From contig NW_027191468.1 of NCBI RefSeq assembly GCF_011745625.1, forward strand, positions 372,001-436,000: a stretch of 64,000 nucleotides of DNA, read 5' to 3'. The position numbers and the translations under genes were made by a program. The notes under the pieces are model-generated. The model was not told the origin of the DNA, did no database searches, and worked only from the letters and a program-made list of their open reading frames with translations. Shown here one piece after another: positions 22,616 to 34,951 of this stretch (its first letter is position 1; each line of letters begins with the position of its first letter). Origin of the DNA: Cladosporium halotolerans (lineage: Eukaryota).

Positions 22616-24424
22616 ACTGAGCCTCATTTCACAAGCTCAATCTTCGAACCGACAGTTTCCCTGGATGATGATGCAACTCAGCTCTTTCTTTGCGGCAGGT
22701 CGTCTCAAGGCTTTTCGGGTTTGATACATATGCGTTTGGGGTAGTGCCATGATATCCAACACCTTACAAGAGGCAGAGTGTCCAGGGTGGGGGGTTAAAT
22801 TGTATGATATATCTTCTCTCCGAATGACAGGGTACGATCTCCTTTCACATCATTTTGATCTGAGCGAGCCACGCTCGTGCTCCCCGTGAAGCACTGTTTC
22901 CCGAGGCAGGCGGCCGATACAAGCTTGTTGGCACGGGCCGCAGTCTATTTGGACAACGAATGTGATCAATGAGACCTTTAACACATCTGCAACGTACTTT
23001 GCTCTATGCCAAAAAAATCTGGTTATTGCATGTGATATCATGTGATATTTCATCCTGCCTTAAAACCTTCTGTGGGGCCAGTCCACGGTAAGGGACTGCG
23101 ACATCCTGAGATTGACTGAAGAAGTGGGTCAAACCATCCAATTTGTCTATGGTGAACCACAGTGTTTCAACTCGATCGAGAAAAAATCGTCCGTTGGCTG
23201 TGGAGGATACCTTGGTATTGATACTGACACAAACAACTTCATTGCTATGCTCCTGATCAAATACCATGTACATAAACACGCATACCGTCTCACTACAAAA
23301 CACCAATAAGACCCCAGCCCCACCGCCTCGCAAGGCCTGCAAAAGAAGCCTACCCATCGCTCCGGCAACAAAACAATCAAGATGATGCGGCACTAACGCA
23401 GTACAATCAGCCGCAGGCCGAGGCGCAGGGAGAAAAATTGTGGTTGGGCGGCAACGGGGCGCGGCTGAGCTAAGGGGAGCGGAGGGCTGCACGAGGCGAA
23501 AAGGCGGTCGCCCACTTGCCGCAGGGGCGGTGATGCTGCGGCACCGGCTGGGTGTGGGTGGGTGCAGGTGGCGAGAGGGCTTCGAGAAATTTTGTCCGCC
23601 CGCGCGGTCGGGCTGGTTCTCCGTCGGCTTTTTTGTGGTCAGCGGTCTGGGGACTTGTGATTTGCGGGATTGATCTGTTGCGGGTGAAGGGCGATTTGGC
23701 AGGAACAATAGTGAAGGTGGTGATGTTGGTGGTTTATTTGATCGCAATATTATCTCAGATTGCCTTGTATTTCGATGCCGGCTTGTCCGCATGCAATCAG
23801 CCTGCCGTGTCACAGATTACGGGTTGCGATTGATCGTTCAAACGACAGATGTCCGATTAGTCTCTCCATCAACACGACCGTGAAGACTTGCAAACGGTCG
23901 CCGCCACTCACCACCTGAGGCATTCTAGAACGACGCTTGGAGCAATAACTGACCCGGCTAAGCACCTGGGTAGTGAGCGTGGGCAGACAGCCAGGCAGGC
24001 CTCCGTCACGTGACGCGACGCTCACCGACGGGCGGTGTCACTGCTGTCGTGAGTGCTTTTGACTTTGCGATTGGACCCTTTGTTGGTGGCGCTAGCGCGC
24101 TGAGAACTCTTCCTCAGCAAGAATGGACGCCCGCGCCGCATAAATCACAGGCAATTCGACTGTTCACAGCAACTCCTTCTCCTCCTACGCACTCCTCTCC
24201 CTCCTTCATCCTCCCTGCATTTGCTTCTCCGTTTTGCCTTGCGTCGGTGGCGCACTAATTCAAAAGCGAGCCGATTACATTCGACCCATCCGAAGCGCGT
24301 CCCCACGAGAATTTTGCAAGCGGGGCTAAGAATTCGACACTCTTAAATTACACCCCTTCCGCCCTCGCACAGTCTTCCGACACCCACCCACCCCTCTCTT
24401 CCAAACCCCTCAGAGTCCGACAAG

Positions 24425-27400
24425 ATGGCTGAGGCTCAGAAGAAAGAGAACAAGCAGTCCGTCGCCGTCCTCGACGAGCTGATGGGCAAGCTTGCCATCA
24501 GCAAGGTCGGCGATGAGGCCAAGGGCACCGCCCTCGAGATCGCCCAGTTCATCAACGGCGACATCGAGGCTGAGGCCGCCCCGACCAAGTTCATCGAGGG
24601 CGTCAAGAAGATGCTCGCCAACAAGAAGGACGCCGACGCCCGCCAGAACGCCTGCGAGACCGTCGCCGCCATCGCCCAGCACGCCAACGTCTCCCACGTC
24701 GTCCAGCCCTACCTCGCCTCCATCCTTCCCAACGTCCTGAGCGCCGTCGGTGACAAGATGGCCCCGGTCAAGGTCGCCGCCCAGAACGCCGCCCTCGCCA
24801 TCACCAAGGCCATCAACCCCAACGCCGTCAAGGTCGTTATCCCCTACTACACCCAGAGCATCCGCGAGGCCCAGAAGTGGCCCGAGAAGATGACCGACCT
24901 CGAGTGTATCGAGGCTCTCGCCGAGTCTGCCCCCGTCCAGACCGGTCTGCGTGTGCCCGACCTCCTCCCCATCGTCTCCGAGGCTATGTGGGACACCAAG
25001 CCCGAGGTCAAGAAGAAGGCTTACGGCACCATGGAGAAGATCTGCGCCCTGATCTCCAACAAGGATATCGAGCGCTTTATTCCTGAGCTCATCAAGTGTA
25101 TCGCCAAGCCTGAGAACGTCCCCGAGACCGTTCATTTGCTCGGTGCCACCACTTTCGTTACCGACGTCCACGAGCCCACTCTCGCCATTATGACCCCTCT
25201 GCTCGAGCGTGGTCTTAAGGAGCGCGAGACCGCCATCAAGCGTAAATCCGCCGTCATCGTTGACAACATGTGCAAGCTTGTCGAAGACCCCAACATTGTC
25301 GCCTCTTTCCTGCCCAAGCTCATGCCCCAGCTTACCTACAACTACGACAACCTGGCTGACCCCGAGGCTCGTGAGAAGACCAAGCAGGGTCTGGACACCC
25401 TCGTCCGTGTCGGTCACGTCGTTGACGGCAAGCTCCCCGAGGTCTCTCACGCTGGTGACGTTAACACCATCCTTGAGAAGCTCACCGACCTCCTCACCCC
25501 CAAGTACAAGAACGCCGTTGAGAAGTTCGAGCCCGTCCTTCGCTACATCTCCGCCATCGGCGGTCACCTTGTCGACGACAAGGACATGGCTGCCCTCAGC
25601 TGGTCTACTCAGCTCGGTCCCTACGTGACCGCCATCCTCGGCGATGACTCCATGGACGTCGTTGAGAACCTGCGTCTCCGCTCTATGCCCGAGGGCGAGG
25701 CTGCTGGTGTTGTCGAGCCCGATGAGGAGGAGGGTGAGGATCTCTGCAACTGCACCTTCAACTTGGCCTACGGTGCCAAGATCCTCCTGAACCAGACCAC
25801 TCTCCGCCTGAAGCGTGGCCAGCGTTACGGTCTCCTCGGCCCCAACGGTTCCGGCAAGACCACCCTCATGCGCGCCATCAACAACGAGCAGGTCGAGGGT
25901 TTCCCCAAGCAGAGCGAGGTTAAGACTGTCTACGTCGAGCACGACCTTGACTCCGCCGACACTGAGATGACCACCATCGGCTGGACCGTGATGAAGCTCC
26001 GCAACGTCGGCATTGACCTCCCCGAGGAGGAGATCAAGAAGGGTCTCCAGGACTTCGGCTTCGTTGACGAGCAGATCTCTGGTCCCATCACTGCCCTTTC
26101 CGGTGGTTGGAAGATGAAGCTGGCGCTTGCCCGTGCCGTCTTCGAGAAGCCCGACATTCTCCTTCTCGACGAGCCCACCAACCACATGGACGTGAAGAAC
26201 GTCAAGTGGCTTGAGGACTACCTCATCAACTCCCCTTGCACTTCCATCATCATCTCCCACGACAGCAAGTTCCTCGACAACGTCATCCAGCACGTTATCC
26301 ACTACGAGCGCTTCAAGCTGAAGCGTTACCGTGGCAAGCTCTCTGAGTTCGTCAAGCGTGTCCCGTCCGCCAAGTCTTACTACGAGCTCGGTGCCGGTGA
26401 CCTCGAGTTCAGATTCCCCGAGCCCGGTTTCCTCGAGGGTGTCAAGACCAAGGCCAAGGCCATTGTCCGTGTCAACAACATGACCTTCCAGTACCCTGGC
26501 TCCAGCAAGCCCCAGATTCAGGACATCACCTTCCAGTGCTCGCTCAGCTCCCGTATTGCCGTCATCGGCCCCAACGGTGCTGGCAAGTCCACTCTCGTCA
26601 ACGTCCTGACTGGTGAGCTCATCCCCACCTCTGGTGATGTCTACCAGCACGAGAACATCCGTATTGCGTACATCAAGCAGCACGCGTTCGCCCACATCGA
26701 CCACCACCTCGACCTTACTCCCTCCGAGTACATCCAGTGGCGTTTCCAGACCGGTGAGGACCGTGAGACCATGGACCGTGCCAACAAGATCGTCACCGAG
26801 GAGGACGAGAAGGCCATGGACAAGGTCTACAAGATCGAGGGCACTGACCGTCGCGTCATCGGCGTTCACTCCCGTAGAAAGTTCAAGAACTCCTACGAGT
26901 ACGAGTGTTCGTTCGCCCTTGGTGAGAACCTGGGCATGAAGTCCGAGAGGTGGACTCCCATGATGACCGCTGACAACGCCTGGATCCCCCGTTCTGAGCT
27001 CATCAACTCTCACCAGAAGATGGTTGCTGATGTTGACCAGAAGGAGGCCCTCGCCTCTGGTCAGTTCCGTCCCCTTGTCCGCAAGGAGATCGAGCAGCAC
27101 TGCGCCAACTTCGGCCTCGACGCCGAGCTGGTTTCCCACTCCCGCATGCGTGGTCTCTCTGGTGGCCAGCGTGTCAAGGTCGTGCTCGCCGCTTGCTCTT
27201 GGCAGCGTCCTCACTTGATCGTCCTTGACGAGCCCACCAACTACCTCGACCGTGACTCCCTGGGTGCCCTTTCCAAGGCCATCAAGTCCTTCGAGGGTGG
27301 CGTCATCATCATCACTCACTCCGCTGAGTTCACCAAGGACCTGACTGAGGAAGTCTGGGCTGTCATGGACGGCCGCATGACTCCCTCCGGCCACAACTGG

Positions 27401-27654
27401 GTCGCCGGTCAGGGTGCCGGTCCCCGTCTCCAGGAGAAGGGCGAGGAGGAGGAGAAGTTCGACGCTATGGGCAACAAGATCGAGAGCACCAAGAAGAAGG
27501 CCAAGCTTTCTTCCGCCGAGCTCCGCAAGAAGAAGAAGGAGTATGTATCCCCATCGTTCCCTAAATTCACATCAAGAACAATTGCTAACACTCACACAGC
27601 CGCATGGCCCGCCGCAAGCGTGGTGAGGAGGTCTTCTCCGACGAGGACGAGTAA
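24425..27654 (+). CDS. TEF3: Fungal translation elongation factor 3 (HEAT repeats, two ABC domains, chromodomain insert); exons 24425-27540 and 27600-27654 (1056 aa)
   Basis: GPNGSGKTT and GPNGAGKST Walker A motifs, LSGGWKMK and LSGGQRVK signatures, LDEPTN twice, C-terminal [22 protein letters not shown]. Extreme C/T-ending codon bias. Confidence 0.98.
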
Positions 27655-28025
27655 ATTATTCTTCATGAAACGAGTTTACGCTTCGTGCCCGGACATGATA
27701 TAGAAGAGAGAAGGGAGCATGGGAGGCGTTGGGGGTGTGCGCTTTCAAGTGCTTTTTTCTTCACGTTTTGATGATTCCCAATGTCATAGAGTAGACGACC
27801 GGTATAGGTACCTGCTGCACGTCTTATGTGTTGGTTGACGTATCTTGCCGATAAAAATTCAAAAGCTGGTTCAACATGTGTTCTATCCTACCTTTCACAA
27901 TTTCACATTGTTCTTGAGATGGCTCGTTCAAAATGCGGCGTGAGACGCCTTGATACATGACTTGGCGTCAAAATGATCGTATATGCATTCATGTACGTGT
28001 ATTTACACAATCTTGTTCACGTCAA

Positions 28026-29171
28026 TCAGAGCTTTGCCTCTCTGTCCTTGGCAACCTCGATCACCAGCTTTCCAAACTGCTTGCCAGCTTTCATGTCTTC
28101 GAAAAGCGAGTCGATACCTTCCAAGTTATCGAGTCCACCGCTCACGCTTCTAGAGACGACGGGCTTGACACCGTTATCCTGAACGAACTTCACCATGTCG
28201 GCGAACTCTTTGCGCGAGCCCATGGTCGTGCCGCGCACTTCGATGTTCTTCAACACCGCGGACATGAGGAAGGGCATGGTCGGAGAAGTGGTCATGCCGT
28301 AGATCGAGATGACGCCGCCGGGCTGTGAAAAGTAATGTTAGCCAATGTGATGCCAAACTCCACGGCACGTTCAACATACCCTAAGCAACTTTGCGCCCTT
28401 CTCGACAACATCTCCTCCAGCACCATCAATGATCGCATCGAGCTGTTTCCGCTCCTTCGGCAACAGCTCGAGCAGCGCCTTCTCCCACCCCTTCTCCTTA
28501 TAATTCACCCCGCCCTTCGCCCCCATCGACTTCGCCCTATCAATCTTCTCCTGACTCCCCGACGAAACAAACACATTCGCCCCCGCCGCAACCGCAAAGC
28601 ACAGCGCCATAATCGCCACCCCACCCCCAATGCCCGTGATCAGAATATTCCGCCCGGGCTTCGCGTTTCCGCTCTTCACCATCGTCGCCCGCCACGCCGT
28701 CAGCCCCGTCAGCGGCAGCGCCGCCGCCTCGATCGACGACAAGTGCGCCGGCGCATCCTCCAGCTCCCCCGCGTCAATCGTCACCGTCTCCCCCAGCGTC
28801 CCCAGCGGGTTCATCTTCGTCCCGCCCAGGATCGCGTAGCCCTTCGGGCTCTCGGGGCCCTCGGGGTCGTCTTTCCAGCCATTGCCCGGGTTGAGGATCA
28901 CGCGCTTGCCGAGCCACTTTTTGGCCTCGGGCGAGGAGCCCGTGGAGGTCACGACGCCGGTGCCGTCCGCGAGGAGCGGCACGCCGAAGGTCGTGCCGGG
29001 GTACAGGTGCTGGCGCAGGAAGAGGTCGCGGTGGTTGAGGGCGGCGGCGGTGATTTCGACGACGACTTCGTTCGCTTGAGGGGGCGCGTCGGGGAGCGTG
29101 ATGTGCTCGAGCGGGTAGTAGACTTGGCCGGGCTTGCCGTCGATTTTGCGGATGGAGACTGCTTTGACCAT
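28026..29171 (-). CDS. Medium-chain dehydrogenase/reductase (Zn-independent quinone-oxidoreductase-like) with C-terminal PTS1 -AKL; exons 29171-28380 and 28322-28026 (362 aa)
   Basis: AAALNHRD, AAALPLTGLTAWRA, TGIGGGVA nucleotide-binding motif, GTTMGS and QFGKLVI. Intron GTATGT...GCTAAC...CAG. Confidence 0.92.
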
Positions 29172-30085
29172 TTTGGGTGGTTTGGGATGTGTGAGGTGTT
29201 AGGGCAGGAAATGCGATGCCCTAAGGATGTTGGAGCTCGTGTATTATGGCTATCGATGCCATTGCGGTCGCTGACAGAGCAGTGAGGTGCCGCGACGTCA
29301 CAGCCGAGGTGGTGTCGCTGAAGGGGTCCACTGTTTTCCTGGGGAGAGAGGACCGAAGTCCGCTCGGCCGTTTTGGCCGAGGGGCTTGTTGAGGGTTGTT
29401 CGATTTAATGCCGAAACGGGCTCATTGATCCAGTGCCATTGTTTGACTCCCGCAAACTTCCTGTTTCTTGCGATATCCAGTGGGTATTGATGGATTATTG
29501 GTGGCCCTCTTCAAGGCAGTTACGGAGATTTACGTAATCCGCGATTAGATCCTATCGTCGGCGTTTGATCGATGAGTGCAGCAACAAACTTATGAACGAC
29601 ATGATCTTCCCCAGCACAAGGAAATTTGGAATGGTGCAAGGAAATTTTCGATGTCGAAAGACCGTGAAAGCCATATGCAGCGGGGGCATGAAGAACGTTT
29701 TCTCGAAAAGACGACTGGGATCATCAATCGACCTTCATTCCAAGACCAGAGTGACTTCGAAACCATGATCTTGAGGAAGTGTGGTTTTCGATGAAATGAA
29801 CGGTCGCGTGAGATTTTTCTTTTGTCGAGGACAACAGTGAATCCAGTATGGTCACGTCCGCGCGGTAAGCACCAATCCCTTGGCCAGCGAGCGTACAATG
29901 GTCTGGGGTGAAAGTAGGTAAGCAATTCTGAGCCGTCCCTGCATTGGTCTACTTTCACTTACCATCGCGTCGGACGGTTGCCAAGCACAGTGTGAGAATG
30001 CAATATTATGAGTACATACAACGAAGCACATCAAGACAGATAATCTCTTCTGGACATCAGGAAATTCACAGGCCAATCCATCACC

Positions 30086-31336
30086 ATGAATACGACTATA
30101 CACCCCGTCATCCGAGGGGAATTCGTCTACCAAGACACGCTCTTCGTCGACGTTGGCGGAGCGCTCAAACGTCACCCTCGCGCTTCCCTCGCCGATCTTA
30201 AGACTTTCCTCGACGGAAGAGCACCCAAAGACCAAGTCGCGCACTGGTACGAGGCGCAGCTTATCCACTATGGCCTTCAGCGATCCAAGGACAAGAATAC
30301 CGCAAAGGTCCGCCTGCAGCAGGCTATCAGCCAGAAGAGGTTGACTGTGCCTCCTCATATTGTGGACATAGAGGCTCAGATGAAGAAGGAGTTCGCTGCC
30401 AGTGTCAGAAAAGCGTTGGGTGCCGCAAGTCAGCCGGAGTCCGGTCTGTACGATGGTCAAGCTTCACCAAACAGAGAGCGGAAGAACAAGAATGAACATG
30501 CTGCAAAGGCGTCAGCAAGCAGCAAGAAGACCAAGATCACCATGAAAGTCGGAGAAGTGGAATTATCCATCGATCACGACTTGGCTGAGGCTGTTGGCAC
30601 AGGCAAGAGAGCACAGGCTACTTTGGGCAAGACTTATACCGAGCCGTCGCCGTCCAAGTCATCGCCATCCAAGAGAAATTACGATTCAAAGGGCACTCTC
30701 AACGACTCCGCTCCGAAGACGCCCGAGTCAAAGAGAGCCAACGCTGCTAATCCAAGAGCTACTCCTACCGCATCTTCAGCACGCAAGCACACCGCGCACA
30801 TCCCCACAACCCAAGGGAGTGGCGCTTCTCCAGCCAAACCCAAGACTGAACCAGGCATCAAGCGTGAATACAAGTACGAATCCGAAGACGAGCCCCTGCC
30901 AACCCAACGCTATATCACCGGCAACTACAACATCTCGTGTCCCCTGTTTGAAATGGAGTACCCACATGCACCGCAAACCTTCTCCCTCTCGCTCTGCGTC
31001 GACAACGAAGCCCGCAGAATATGGGGCGGCTTCGAGCTCTCGGGCTTCTCAGGCGTGATCCTGATCAGAGACGACTACGACGTCCCGGAGGCTTCGCTTT
31101 CGTTCGGCTGGAGGGCTCGAGACGCTTACGACGGGCGCTTGTCATTTGGTAGAGGGTGCTTCGGCGAGATTGTCTTCTTCGGCGATCAGCAGGTAAGAGG
31201 GACGTTCTTCAATCTGATTGGCGAGCCTGTTGATTTCGAGGGTGAGCGGAGAAGGGGACCTCTGTGGTGTGGGAAGAGCGCGTGGCAGTTTGAGAGGGAG
31301 TGGGATGGGTTTGTTGCGGAGGCCTATGGGCGTTAA
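30086..31336 (+). CDS. Fungal hypothetical protein, 416 aa (N-terminal helical domain, low-complexity linker, C-terminal aromatic beta-rich domain)
   Basis: Long ATG-initiated ORF with protein-like composition (KDQVAHWYEAQLIHYGL; IWGGFELSGFSGV; FGWRARD). Confidence 0.75.
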   Translation: MNTTIHPVIRGEFVYQDTLFVDVGGALKRHPRASLADLKTFLDGRAPKDQVAHWYEAQLIHYGLQRSKDKNTAKVRLQQAISQKRLTVPPHIVDIEAQMKKEFAASVRKALGAASQPESGLYDGQASPNRERKNKNEHAAKASASSKKTKITMKVGEVELSIDHDLAEAVGTGKRAQATLGKTYTEPSPSKSSPSKRNYDSKGTLNDSAPKTPESKRANAANPRATPTASSARKHTAHIPTTQGSGASPAKPKTEPGIKREYKYESEDEPLPTQRYITGNYNISCPLFEMEYPHAPQTFSLSLCVDNEARRIWGGFELSGFSGVILIRDDYDVPEASLSFGWRARDAYDGRLSFGRGCFGEIVFFGDQQVRGTFFNLIGEPVDFEGERRRGPLWCGKSAWQFEREWDGFVAEAYGR

Positions 31337-32021
31337 TTCGGATCAGAAGCTTGGTCACAATCTTGGTGTGATCGTGGACGTTGGCGATGCTTCCGTGAAG
31401 CTTCGTTATCGCCTGGTTGGCCTGAGCTTGGAATGATGATGTGATGCTGGTGGATAGGATGAAGTGGATCAAGTTTCTCGAATTTCAAGGCTGCACGAAG
31501 GTGATGTGTTGGACAAGAGCATGTCTTCGGGCCTTCTTCCAGTGTCCCATGTTCCTTGAGTTCTGATTTGAGCCATTGACTTCTCTCCCTGGCTCTATCA
31601 ATCAATGTGAGGTAGACGCACCGCGATGCTCGGGCAATCCGTCACCTTATGCGTTCAGGCAAAGGAGACTGGTATGCCTTTGAGTCTCCATCCGCGGCTC
31701 AATAAGACATCACTGCAGTACTTGGAACTCAGGAGCAGTTACTGACATGAATCGAAATGATTTTTGAGTGGCGATATTTGTGACGAGGTGATGGAGACGA
31801 GTTGGATGTTGGATGGAGGATCTGAGTGGTCAGTGCGGGAAAGTCTTGTCGCTCCGGACTTTCGCCAGACACCAGTGTTGTTGTTGTACCATGCTGATGA
31901 TTCACAAGGCACACACTGTTCGAAAGGGTGACTCACCGTCTGCGAGGCCATATCGATGCATCTAAGCAAGCTTCCGTGGGCGAGATCTTCCTGCATGTAA
32001 TGCCTCTTGGCTGTGGTTCAA

Positions 32022-33874
32022 ATGGATCGGCTCCACAGCCAACGCGCCATGGTTACTTGTGCTCGGTCTGTCCGGGACCTTTTGTTGATGCGAGAATTTG
32101 CTTCTTCTCGCCTGAACCCCTCAATTTTCGGACAATCGGACATATATGAGTACACCAGTGGCAGATGGCTGTGCGTTTTTCAAATCCCAAGCTGAAAGGT
32201 CACCTGCTGAACGACTAGACAGGTGGAACGAAAAGCTGAGGCTCCATGAACGCCGACGGCCATTCAATGTACAAGAGCTCAAAAGTCTTGCGGCCGCTTC
32301 CGTCTCAAGGGAGCTAAAGGATATTGTGAGTTTCAAAAAACTCGCCGAAGGCGGCTTCAATCGCACCTTCCTGGTTTCGATGCAAGATGGACTCGAAATG
32401 ATCGCTCGTATCCCATACCTTACGACGGAGCCAAGACAGCTCCTGGTTGCAAGCGAAGTGGCGACAATGGATTACCTTCGATCTCGTGGAGTCCCCATAC
32501 CCACGATATTCGGCTATTCGGCAACTGCAAATAATCCCGCAGGTACGGAGTACGTCTTCATGGAGGTCACTGCCGGTACAAACCTTGGCAATATTTGGTA
32601 TCAACTCGGCGAAGCGGCTAGGACTACTGTCGTCCGCAGGCTCGTCGAATTAGAGTCTCAACTTTTGTCACTTAAATTTCCAGCCAGCGGTAGTATCTAC
32701 TACTGTCGAGACCTCGACGCAGCGTCAGACAGGGTAGCATTTGATTCCGGATCGTGCTCGACCAACGGACCATTTTGTATTGGACCAGATACGACCCTTG
32801 CGCTATGGTACGGCAACCGACTAGCACTTGACGTATTTCGTGGACCCTGTAAGTTCCATCGCTTGATTAACCCCAAAGGAGACTGAAGACCAAATGTTAT
32901 TCGCCAAAACCATGGGCTAATGCGGCCCAGATAGAGACGCCAACGATGTTTTAGAAGCCGGAGCGAGGAAAGAAATCGCCTATTTGATGCGGCATGGCAG
33001 ACCACTGCACCCTTTCCAACGCATTCGCCGCGAATGGGTCAATTATCAGCAGCAGTCTCACTTGGACCGTCTGGAATATCTGGGAAAATTTCTCCGTATA
33101 GCCTCCAGCCTTGCGCCATCGAAAAGGGACGACGCAACACAAGCGTGGATAAGACACCCTGACTTGCAACCAAACAACATATTCGTCTCAAAAGACCTTG
33201 AGATCACAGGACTCATCGACTGGCAGCATTGCGCGATCCTTCCACTTTTCTTGCAAGCGGGCATTCCAGCGAGCCTTCAGAACTATGGTGACGAGGTTTC
33301 CGAGTCTCTTCAAGAGCCTCGACTACCACTAAATTTTGACCAACAGAGCGAAACAGAGCAACTCCAGCAGGTCCTACTTCTTCGCAAACGTCAGCTCCAC
33401 TACACGTACGTCAAAGAGACCTTGAGCCTTAACCCGGCCCACGGACGAATACTCATGGATCGATTTTCCACATTGACCCGCAAACTCTTCCGCCACGCCA
33501 GCGAGCCTTGGGAAGGTGATAGCTCCCCATTGAAAGCCGATCTCGTCGAGCTCAGTAGACATCTGTCTGGGACTGATCCCGACGCAAGAACGACGCGTTC
33601 AGGGCTCCCATTTGAGTTCTCGGAAGAAGAAGCACGCGAGACTCTGAGCCTTGCTCATGCTATGGAAACAGCGGACGGCCAGTTCCAGAGCTGCTTGGAA
33701 GTGGTCGGGGTTGGGCCCGAGGGCTGGGTGCCCGTCGAACAGTATGCTGACGCAAGGCAACGCGCGCAACAGCTCAAAGCGGACACGCTGCAAGAAGCCG
33801 AATCTGAGGAAGAGCGAAGCCAGATACGCGACCATTGGATATTCGATGACTTTGATGAGACGGAGTACATGTGA
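32022..33874 (+). CDS. Aminoglycoside-phosphotransferase (APH)/Aim9-like kinase-fold protein; exons 32022-32170, 32223-32848, 32931-33874 (572 aa)
   Basis: YEYTSGRWL|WNE, KLAEGGFNR, IARIPY, SEVATMDY, Brenner motif HPDLQPNNI and IDWQ. Two GT-AG introns preserve the frame. Confidence 0.88.
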
Positions 33875-34030
33875 CCTGTTTGTTGCAGCCCTTGAAACCA
33901 CCCGATGAAGGTTCGCATTACGCAAGGAGACACCTCCAATGCAGCATGAGCACCGGCTTACGTATCGTCGAGATTTGAAATATCCCACCAGGCGGATTTC
34001 GACTGGATAGATACCTACTTATGACTACCC

Positions 34031-34606
34031 TCATCGCGGCGTCTGCCCTGTAACAGGCGGCACATCACCCACTGCCAACTTCTGCAGCGCCTCCCCATCC
34101 ACCCTCAGCTTTGTCCAGCCCTTCATCTCCACCGCACCCAGCGAGCGGTAAAACTGCAAGCTCGGCTCATTCCAGTCCAAACAGCTCCACTCCAGTCTCC
34201 CGCCATCCTGCAGCAAATTCTCCCTCGCCAGCGCCTGTATCAAGATCTTGCCATACCCTCTCTTTCTGTACTGCGGCCGAACGAACAAGTCCTCGAGGTA
34301 GATGCCCTGCTTGCCGTTCCACGTGCTGTAGTTGTGGAAGTACAGCGCCATGCCGGCGACGGCCTCGGGCGTGTCGTCTGCGTTGGTGGGCTCCCTTGGG
34401 AGGCGGAGAAGGAGGCATTTGGCGTAGCCGGGGTTGGTGTGTGACGAGGCGGCGGAAGGAGCGAGGGAGAGGGTGCGTGTGAGAGATTCCTCGGTTGCTT
34501 CGACAGAGTCGAGCTCGCGTTCGTACTCGGCGAGTTCGCGGACCATGGCCAAGATCTCTTTGACGTCTTCTTGCGTCGCGTGGCTAAGGGTTGGTTTGTC
34601 CGCCAT
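34031..34606 (-). CDS. GNAT N-acetyltransferase, diamine/polyamine acetyltransferase (SSAT/Ats1)-like, 191 aa
   Basis: RELAEYE, YFHNYSTW, IYLEDLFVRPQYRKRGYG (acetyl-CoA motif A) and LEWSCLDWNEPSLQFYRSLGA. Confidence 0.92.
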   Translation of the reverse strand: MADKPTLSHATQEDVKEILAMVRELAEYERELDSVEATEESLTRTLSLAPSAASSHTNPGYAKCLLLRLPREPTNADDTPEAVAGMALYFHNYSTWNGKQGIYLEDLFVRPQYRKRGYGKILIQALARENLLQDGGRLEWSCLDWNEPSLQFYRSLGAVEMKGWTKLRVDGEALQKLAVGDVPPVTGQTPR

Positions 34607-34951
34607 GTTTGTCGAGGCAATTGCGTGGTGCTCAGGATGATTGGTGAGACTAAGTTGCGGCGTCCGGGTTCGGGCTCGGGCTCTTCAGAATTCGTGTGTC
34701 CTCAAAGGCGACGCTCAAATAGACATTGCTGCTTTGATTGTACTGAAAGGGCGCAACTGCAATGGCTAGTGGGGCTGTTTGTCACGGAATCCAATCGCTT
34801 GCGCTTTTCGGAGAGGGGTGCGCGGAATATTACCGCCTCCACGTGCTCTTGAGCGTGTGAAGACGTAAAACAAGTTGTGTTCAAAGACACTCTGCGCGTC
34901 CGTGTCCATGAAGTTGCGCCATGAAATGCGAGCAAGTTGGCCTCTCACCGC

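Noticed and set aside
23004..23813. 269-codon minus-strand ORF upstream of eEF3
   Set aside because: Non-ATG start, no codon bias or domain, and it overlaps promoter-like sequence.
24410..27394. 994-codon antisense ORF mirroring eEF3
   Set aside because: It is in codon register with eEF3. Extreme bias in this highly expressed gene avoids TTA, CTA and TCA, whose complements are stops. The product has no recognisable domain.
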